Assembly (NCBI RefSeq): GCF_009914755.1
Contig: NC_060937.1
Reading direction: 5' to 3' (one strand)
Source of the DNA: the human T2T-CHM13v2.0 reference genome, Homo sapiens
DNA: 64,000 nt
The notes below the pieces were generated by a model. The model was not told the DNA's origin and ran no database searches. It saw only the letters and a program-made list of their open reading frames with translations. The position numbers were made by a program, and so were the translations under genes. Positions 54,851 to 64,000 of this stretch are shown here, in pieces (within the stretch, counting starts at the first letter, position 1; the number at the start of each line of letters is the position of its first letter).

Positions 54851-56224
54851 ATATACAATAATTCATTTGTTTCGGAAATGCCTATATACAAGAGCAAAGA
54901 GAGATTAAGTCATATTCAATGATGAGAAACATCCTTAATTTTCTTTAAAATGCATTTAATTTCCTTAAATGAAAAAGTATTTCTCCAGATTATTGCTATT
55001 ACTGTATTATTAAGATATTATTACTTGCCTTTATACAGTTGCTGTTGTCTGGCAAATACAAATGTGCTGATTTATTCACTTTAAACTTTGTAAATTTAAT
55101 TCATCTGTGAATGTTTAATAACATGTTAATGCATGCACCTGACTGTGTCTCAGCTCATAATAGAATATGAATCACCGCATTCTTAGTTCTGAGGAATTGC
55201 AGAAATCCTTTCCTCTTGCTTTAAGTCATTATGACGTATTCAGACTGCTCAAGCAATGAGATTCTGACATGAAAATACAGCCTTAACTCATTCAATTTAG
55301 GTCACGTCCTTAAGCTGATGCTTTTGACACAAGTATTTGTTACAGTGGTGGACACGTTTTCTTTATAAACCAACTCTGACATGGATTTTCATGTCTGAAT
55401 GAGCCAAAACTCGAATTTCAGATTGCTGAGTATGCACTTCAGCTTATAAATCTTGATTACAATAATATATTTGTCCTTATTCTGCATCATAAATAATTAA
55501 AATTAAACAAATATTTGAATTAGTTGGGTTGTGCATATGATTTTGTTATTCCAGGTTATTTGTTCTTGAATCTTCTCTAAATAGTACATTCATTCAAGTT
55601 TACATGTTGCTTATAGTACTTTGTGCAGCATATATATTCCTGAGAAATCTTGTATAAATCCAACTATTGCAGATGGAATTGTTTTCTAAAAGCATAAGAA
55701 GAGCTTGGATTTAAAGGAATCCTGAAGAATTATTTTTCTTAGTAAGAATCTTTTTTATAATATGAGTCATCACTTTTTATTTCATCTGTGGAAAAGTCAG
55801 ATTTTCATGGATTAGATTTTCTGGGAATACATCTATGTGGGTCACGCTCCTTATTCACAGGCACTATTGTACCTTAAAAAGCACTTCAGTACCCGCATAT
55901 AATCTATCATCACGCAGCCTATTTCAGAAATTATCAAAGATGATAGCAAACAGACCCTGTGTTTATGTTACTCACAAAACAATGTTCACAATATTGCTCT
56001 TTCTTTTGCTCTTTCTCTGGCCTTTTCTAATTGGTTTTGCATCTGGATGGTCTCAGTATTGCATGGCAAGGGAGTCTGTCATGCTATATCCTTGCTTTTT
56101 CCCAGCATTCTATAACAATTCAGACATTTCTTAATATTGGACCTCTGAGTATCCTTAGAATATTTTTCCTTTCACATTGTTTTTGGTTATAGTGCTTCCA
56201 TTTGACACAAAACAGGTAGTTCTA

Positions 56225-56410
56225 CAGAACATAATAGTAAATGCAGCATGAATTTTAGATTTAAAAAGATCTATGTTTTAATAATTGCTCTGTTTCGTAT
56301 AAACTGTGTGGTCTTCAGCAGTTTATTTACATTCTCTAGACCCTGATCCCTCATCTGAAAGTTAGATAATGATAGCTCATAGGGATTTTGTGTTGATTAA
56401 AGGAACCATA
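56225..56410 (+). mobile_element. MIR SINE (degenerate)
   Basis: ctgtgtggtcttcagcagtttatttacattctct...cctcatctgaaag...tcatagggattttgtgttgattaaa. Confidence 0.65.
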
Positions 56411-57261
56411 ATTGATATTAACAAGCAGTACTATAACTTAGATTTTTAAAAAATCATATGCAAATTGAAATATATTCTTTTAAATTATTATGTATTTTAA
56501 AACCCAATAGTTTGAAATTGGGTTTGATCCCTTAATTACAGTCTCATATAATAATATTCTATGTAAATGATTTTTAGTAGTAACTATCCAGTAACTTTTT
56601 TTAAAAAAAAATACCTATAGTTGCAATTATAGTTACAACTAAATCATGTTGCTGACATAACATTTTATCTTTTTATTTTTCAGGTTTATGAAAATTCACT
56701 CAGTTGCTATACAATTATTTACTCAGAACATTATTATAGCTGTGTGACAAAAAACATACAAACCAAAGTTTCAATAGGTAGAGAGGAAAGCTGTGGAATA
56801 AATAGTTGTGTGGGCTTTTTGCCCTGAAATTATTTATACTTTTGTCAAAAAACCAGTAAATATGTAAAGAAATTTGTAAGGAAATTTTGTAAAGGAATTT
56901 CAAGTAAGATACTGACATTATGATAAAATAATATTGACTCAGCAGAATGCAACAACAGCAACACAAATAATCCCCCAAATAAAATAATATAGTTGAAAAT
57001 ATTTATATATTAATTTTCCTTTTGAATAGTAATATTTTTATGCTTACTTTTTATTTTACTTTCATTTTTACTATATAATTATATATCAAAGTTCAATAAA
57101 ATTTTCACTGCCTTCCATCATTTCTTTCCTGGCAAGCATTAGTTCATTTGAATTCTTGATACTTAATGAAAATAATTTATAGAGGAAGGGAGAGGTGTTA
57201 AAAATTATTCAATAAAGTTGTCAAATATATTGAGTAAGAGGTTGATAGTTTTGAGTAATAA

Positions 57262-58212
57262 ATAAAAACTGCTCTTTCTTCAAAAGATACTATTATGACA
57301 GTGAAAAAGTAAGCCATAGACTGGGGAAGGATATACACAAGTACAACTGATAGGGCAGTTATAGCAGGAATAATAGGAGACTCCTCAAAATCAGCAAGAA
57401 AAGAATAACTCCCAAGGGGAATTGGCAAAAGACTTGAACAACCAGTTAAAATGGGTATCCAAAGGGTCACTAACTATTTAAAATTAATGCAACTTACATT
57501 CCCAATGAGAATCCAACCAGGATCAATAAAATTAAAAGAACTGACAATTCTAAGAGTTGATGAAGACATAAAGCCAAAAGGAACTTCAATACAATCCTAT
57601 TGGCAGGGTAAATTGCCACAGCCACCTAGGAAAAGTTCTAAAATTGAGCATATGTATTTTCTATGGCCCAGCAGTTCCACTCATACATAAAACAACACAC
57701 GTGTACCAAATGCTTATAAGAATATCATAGTAAATACAAAGTTACTCATAACAGTAAAAATTCATAATAGTCCAAAACTGGAATTAACCTACAAGCCCAT
57801 CAACAGTGGATTTAATAAATTTGAATATACTGGAATACTATACAAGAATGAAAGGTAATGAACTGCAGCTACAAACAAGGAGGCATCTTGCAATCACAAC
57901 AATCAGTAAAAGAAGTCAGAAATTAAACACATGCTGTCTGATTCTTTGAATAAAAGCAGATTAAACTATAGTCCTTGAGAATTCCTATTTATGAGGTATC
58001 TTCAATGAAGCAAAGCAAGGGAAGGTATACTATTAAAGGCAGGACAGCATTTATCTTTGAAGAGAAGGACATTCGGCTGGGAAAAGAACACATGGAGAAA
58101 ATGGTGTTCTAGAAGTCAATTCACTAGCATGAGTGTTTGCTTTATAATAATCCAATGAGCTGTACATCTTTTATTTTGTGTACTTTATGTGTATTTTATT
58201 TCACAGTAAAAT
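57262..58212 (+). mobile_element. Old L1 (L1ME-like) ORF2 end and 3' UTR
   Basis: aagccatagactggggaagga; ttggcaaaagacttgaaca; ctatggcccagcagttccactc; tcataatagtccaaaactggaa. Confidence 0.75.
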
Positions 58213-60739
58213 GTGGGGTCCTTTTCTTCAAAAGATAAAAATATTTTTGGCTTGGTATTATTCTTTGCAACACTGACTGAAAGGTGGATGTGACTCTAGC
58301 ATCCAGGGCAGTGAGAGTTTTTATGTAAACAACAATTAACTCATCAGTCAACAAAAAACCAAAACCACAACATCTGTAAGACATCAGTGGACAAATGAGC
58401 TCTATGACTGTCTTTCATGTTAACTGTCTGAGAACTAGAACAGACTTAAACTTTCCAGCCTTCTACAATCTAATGTCTAGGGTATTTGAAGAAAAGGTTA
58501 TAAACAGTTTCATCTCAAAGCATCCTACCACCCCAACTAAACTGGCACAATGTCTTATGAGTCCCTTGGCTGGATGCACAGAGTTATACCACAGAGTTGT
58601 GTGTAACTACAATGCTAAATGGTGGGATATGACACACTTTGATGCATTAAACACTGCTTCTTAGTGGATTAGAGTTTCTTTATAGGGCCTTTCAGTGAAC
58701 CATGAAAAAGTTGTTGGTTCCATTCCAATTTAATTTGTGAAGCCACTTGCACCACTGATGCAAGAGAACACGTTCTAGAAAATAAATTCTGTATTATTCT
58801 GTGTCCTTTCTTATCTCCAATAGCTTATTTCTTTATTAGTAAGTAAAAGATCATTTTCAGTGATTAAAAATAGCAACCCTGGAATCCCTAAATATATTCT
58901 TGCTTTTTATCATGAAAAAAGTTAACAGTGATAAAGACAATTCTAAAATTTGACAATAAATTATAGAGATTCATATGGGAAATTTAAAACTAAGTTTTAG
59001 TTTTAAAGCCAAAAATTGTAAACTAAAAGTTTTAACACTGAGTTTAGGAACTTAGAAGGTGATTGCATTTTAAATAACACTTAATCCCTAAACAACAACA
59101 ACAAAGAAAGTACAAAAATAAGGCTGCAAAATGAAAACTAAACATAAACTTTCTGCAAATATTAAAAACATAGAGAAGTGAAAAATACCCTACTTTCAGT
59201 TTTCTGTTCGCGAATAGTACATTTCAACATTTTTAGACAAGACCTTCGACCTATAACCCAAAATGGGACAACATTTCTGAAACGAGAAAATAGCTATATG
59301 AACAATAAGAAGGAAATCATTTGCTAAGCAAATGGACAAATTGACAAATAAAGGTCTTTTGGAAATAACAACAAAAGCTTAATTTTGCTTTAATGTATAA
59401 AAATTTAGTCAGTCTTAATACAAAAATATATATTGTTTTAATATTGTAGACTAACAAATTCAACAGCTAAGTCAGGCCAGCTGGATTCAATGTATTCTCT
59501 ATTACTTGATGAAAATGATCCGGTCCTTCCACCATCATTGCCGGGATCGACCTCATAGCAGTTGCTGGGTTCCTGCCCTCTCTCTGCTTGCCCTATGCTC
59601 CCTGTTAACACAGCTTATGCCTGTCAGAGCATTGCTGTAGTGTCCTAATCAAAAAATGTTTTACATGAAATGAGAAGATCTCATTTTAAAATATTTTTTA
59701 ATGTAAAAGGAACATTCAATTTTTATATTCTTTTTATTATAAATTATCTCAATCATAAAAATCAACATGACTATATTATTCTTTCCGCCTGTTAGCCTCT
59801 GACCAATATTTCAAGCCTGATATTTTCTCCATTTTCAGCTTTGAAAATCTATTATCACTCGGCCTAAGTGGGTTACTAACCCAGTCATCTTCTAGTCCTG
59901 CATTTAAGTGACTATTAGGACGTACTTTATGAAGTTTCAAGTGACCCTCTATTCTTTCTCATATAAAATATCTATACGATATCAGTGGCAGTCAGATACA
60001 ATTCCTAGGGAAAAGCTACTGTATTTTCTCCAAGGTCATAATTGTACTAGAACATCCAAGGGCAATGTTTTCAGACTGAATTCTAGTTTTTCCCTGAGAC
60101 ATATAAAAGAGGATTGATAAGCCTATAATTCAGGACCCACTTACAGACTTATAGGAAAATTATATATTTATAACGTTCCTGATAAAAGAACATAGGTCAA
60201 AGTCAAAAAGGAAACAGAAAAGTACCAAGTAGAAGAAAAATCTCTAGCTGCTTCTTGACTATAGAATAAATTTCTTGGAATGCTAAAGTGCACTTGACAA
60301 GAATACTGAGGGCGTGGGCTGATAAGCTGCCACAAGATGCATCTGAGCATCACGGGAAGTCCTCTATGAGTGCTGAATGGGCTGAAGTGTTGCACTGAGA
60401 GAACGCTTCCTGGACTTAGAGAATAAAACAAATTGGTAACGTGTAAAAGTTACATATTAAAGGGATCTCTTCACAATGCCCACGTTATAGGTCTGCATAT
60501 AATTTTTCAGCATGGAAGTTTTCTTGAAGCTGTTGCGTTTGGACTTACAGATATTATACACAGTTCTCCGTGAATATCATTTTGTCTCATGTGCCACACT
60601 CTGAATCATTTGAAGCACAAGGACTTGACTTCAGGAAAGATTTCCCCCAAAGACTTTTATCACCTTTTAAGAAAAATTTCACCCAAGATACCTTTAATAT
60701 GAGGAAAACTAAGCCACCAAATGTGACCTCTATTTACCT

Positions 60740-61310
60740 TCTGTCTGTCTCCTTACCTTAATCCTCACCAAACCCAACTTCCTCTCTCATCCCGATCCCT
60801 TCCTCCAGACTAGGAAATGGCTAACCTTCTCCTTGCCAAAGCCAACCCCTCCATCTTTGCCCTCAATAACATCCATTCCCATCTCTTCAGGAATCTTATG
60901 CCACCAAGTATTCTCTGTTGCTCCTTTCCACTTCTACTTGTACCTTTGTTTGTCCTCATAAAGCGCTCAAGATTCTTTCATTCTAAAAAAAATCTTTTGG
61001 CTGCATATGTGTATTCTTCATCAATATACTACCATCTCCTTCATCTGTTCATCTAAATTCTCAAAAAGTTGGTGTCTCACTATTTCTTCCTTACATTTTA
61101 CTTTTAAATTGGGTTTTCCAGCTTTCTGCCTTTAAAAATATAAAAATTCCTCCTAATTGCCCATTCCAGGGGAAACTTTTTATTCCTTTTTTATATTATC
61201 ATATTATAATGCATTTGACTACCCTTTTAAAACATTCTACCCATTGTTTGTTTGAACCTTGTATTTTTCTGTCATATTTCACTGACAGTTTCTTTTTAGG
61301 TTTCTTAAAT
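60740..61310 (+). mobile_element. LINE L2 internal fragment
   Basis: Pyrimidine-rich; ctccttgccaaagccaacccctccatctttgccct...tcccatctcttcaggaatctt; ctcctaattgccc; gcatttgacta. Confidence 0.55.
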
Positions 61311-62208
61311 CCTTGCCTTAGGAAGAGAGGATTAGGTAAATTATCTTCAAAACTCAATTGAAAACTGCTAGGTTTTATATGAAAGACTGAATTTTTTTAA
61401 ATGTGGAAATGTGGTCCTTTGGAGGGGGGAGTCATCAGATATAATGAGTTATTTCTGTAAAACAGTTATGCTTATGTCCCCCTGAGTAAAGCCACCTGAG
61501 AGATGTCTATTTCAAGAGGTAATAGAGCAACTGTCAGATGGATGTGGACTTTGATGCTTTGAACTACAGCATCTGTCACATTTTTAAACATCATTTATTC
61601 TCATCTCCCATTTTTCCATTGGAGTTTAAAATGAGCCCTATCTGCGAGATAAAAAAAACCAGAAGTGTATTTGAATTTTGTTCTGAATGTGAATAGAACC
61701 AGTGCCCACAATCCAAGGTCTCCATATTCCTCGGGCTCACATTGTCCCATTAGATGTGATTGCTTCTTCCCTGAGCTGTTATCTTCTGCAGGGGGTCTAG
61801 GAGAACCTGAGCATAGTTGTCCCTACTAGATCTACTCCATGGATGAAGAGTAGAAGAAAAAAAATAGCTCTTTTTTTGTACCACAAAGCCAGTCGATATT
61901 GTGGCCTGCTCTGGAAATTAGCCAATACCCATGCACAAGAACTGGCACTGGTCAGAAAGCCACAGAAGATGAGCCTTTGCTCCCCTGGCAGTTCTTGCAG
62001 TGTTGCTGGCTTCAGGGTTTGCTACTATTGTGTTTCCAGCTGGCATGACTGCAGGCGTCTTGCTTTCACGAGCTTTTACCCCATCCATACATTAAGAATG
62101 GGACACACTGTACCCCAAATCACTAACACCAGGAAAAATGCCAATTTCAACATTTAAACAGTTTCATACTTTGCAAACGTTGTTTGCTGATGATTCGATA
62201 TTTGCAAA

Positions 62209-62229
62209 AACAACAACAACAACAACAAC
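62209..62229. repeat. (AAC)n microsatellite
   Basis: 7 AAC units. Confidence 0.9.
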
Positions 62230-63339
62230 ACCTTATGTTAATCTTAGTAGTCAAATCCAAGCCTTAGGGCTTAACTAGTGACAGATGCTCTTTCGCATGG
62301 TGGTGCCTGAGTTAAATAATTTCGCTGAATAAGTTAATAGGTAAGTGATTATACCTAAATTAAATAAAAATTGAAATTTATATTAAAATATACATAGAAA
62401 TGTGTATTAAAATACATACTAAATATATGTATATTTAATGTGTATATGTATCCATATATATAGATCGCACACTTTAGATAAACTGAAACGATTATTCAAA
62501 AAGCCCAGATATATGCCTCATTTTCCCTGAAGAAAGTACTTGGTTTCCAAGAAATTTATGCTTCAGCAGCTCTTGTAGCAATAAATAAAAATCTGAGGGA
62601 CAGAATGTGATTCAGAGATATCCGGAGTCTACAATTTATTCCCAAACAGAAGGAGTCAATATAAATCCTGTGAATTTCATTGTCTGCTGCCAGAAAACCT
62701 ATTTAATTATGAATAAGAAATGCTTAGAAATGTTCCCTCTTTAGGGAACACAGTCCTTATTTGGAACACAAGACCTTGTAAGCCCTTTAAAAATTACCCA
62801 TTGTAAGTACAACACTGTCATCTTAGTTCATCATTAGGGAACTCTGCAACTGGAATAACTCCAGACCTTCTTAGTATATTAGAAAGATGGTCATGAGAAC
62901 ACATTGAGGTTTCATTGAATTCTCAGAGCTTTTTGTTACATGACCTGTTTTTAGTTATTCTTTTTACTTAGTTGGTTTGATGTGATTTCCATATTATGAA
63001 TTGGATCCAGATGTTCAAATAGTAACTTAGACACACACTTTAAAGGTGTTTTTACTGTAAAAATAATGTCCTCTAAATATATTAGCCTATTATAAGAGTC
63101 AAAGTAATTAAATTTAAAACACAATAAAACTACAGAGGTAAAATATATTTTCCCTTTATGACCCAACTCTCTAGGTGTATTCCAGAAGACCAAGAAGTTC
63201 CTCAGCTCTGCTCATGTTTGGGCCGTTAGAGTAGCGCAAAGGTGAGCCTGTTCTTACTAGACACTATTTGATAGATGGGTTAGTTGACCTCCATGACAAG
63301 AAATATTTTGCATGAGTTTAAATCAGTACTCAGTATATA

Positions 63340-64000
63340 ACTTAATTAGGATGTGTTCAGTCTCTACAGAATGTGTTGAAACCAAAAGAACTTCTTAACT
63401 GGTATGCTACAGTGTGCCATGAGTAGGTTGCAGGTAGATGAGGTGCTAATCATAGGCACTGTAAAACTGGCCAGGAGGGGGTGCCTGAGGCCACTGAAGT
63501 CCTTGAGCAACTTGTTTCTGTCTGAGAAGATTCTGCCCTGTGTACTCCAGTGTTCCATACAAATATAACTCTATATGTAGCCATATGTGTAAAGATCGAA
63601 AAGCAGTAGCTCAATAATAGATGTTGAATTTTCACTAAAGCAAGCAAGACATCTAAGGGCAAGCTTTCCAAAATTTGTTCCATGGCTCAGTAGTGTCATC
63701 AAAGACCCAATCTCATTTCATTCTTCTATTTCAGCATTCTCAGCATGCTGACATTTGTCTCCAGGCTGGTCACCTCATGGTTGAAAGATGGCTGACAAAA
63801 CTCCAGGTTTCACATTTTTAAACGGGAGCAACTGAAGCAGAAGTGAGGGAGATATTGAAAGAAATCATTTCTCATGTGGCCTTCATTTCTTTAAGGGAGG
63901 AAAACCCTCGTGAAAGTGATCTCCTATACTTCTACTTATGTAGTATTGACTAGAATGGTGTTACTTTCATGTGGACATTGATGCAGGGGGATAGGATTAC
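63340..64000 (-). mobile_element. Old ERVL-MaLR LTR (MLT1J/K/L-like), apparently with an internal insertion; runs to the window edge
   Basis: ggctcagtagtgtcatcaaagaccca; cctcatggttgaaagatggctg...actccagg; cttctacttatgtagtattgactagaat. Confidence 0.6.

Noticed and set aside
58983-59007. Hairpin tttaaaactaa-gtt-ttagttttaaa
   Set aside because: Almost purely A/T in low-complexity context; expected by chance.
59506-59640. C/D snoRNA (TGATGA C box)
   Set aside because: No suitably placed CTGA D box or terminal stem.

Overview
AT-rich, CpG-depleted primate DNA (human or great-ape-like, judged from AluY/AluS/AluJ, L1PA and THE1 content). I see no credible protein-coding exon chain, RNA gene or CpG island, so this is most likely intergenic or deep inside a large intron. 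The ORF track is chance ORFs plus Alu-, L1- and ERVL-derived frames. The window is dominated by interspersed repeats: 9 Alus, L1 and L2/L3 fragments, MIRs, MaLR and ERVL LTRs (several with intact 5-bp TSDs), a decayed ERVL pol remnant and DNA-transposon MITEs. Subfamily names come from recalled consensus sequences, not from a RepeatMasker run. Two observations stand out. The first is an apparently chimeric provirus with an ERVL-type MLT2 5' LTR, a MaLR internal region and an MLT1A-type 3' LTR, bounded by a 4/5-matching TSD (47766-50083). The second is an isolated inverted repeat with 58-bp arms and a 32-bp perfect core (35755-35890). I found no evidence of a novel multi-gene system.
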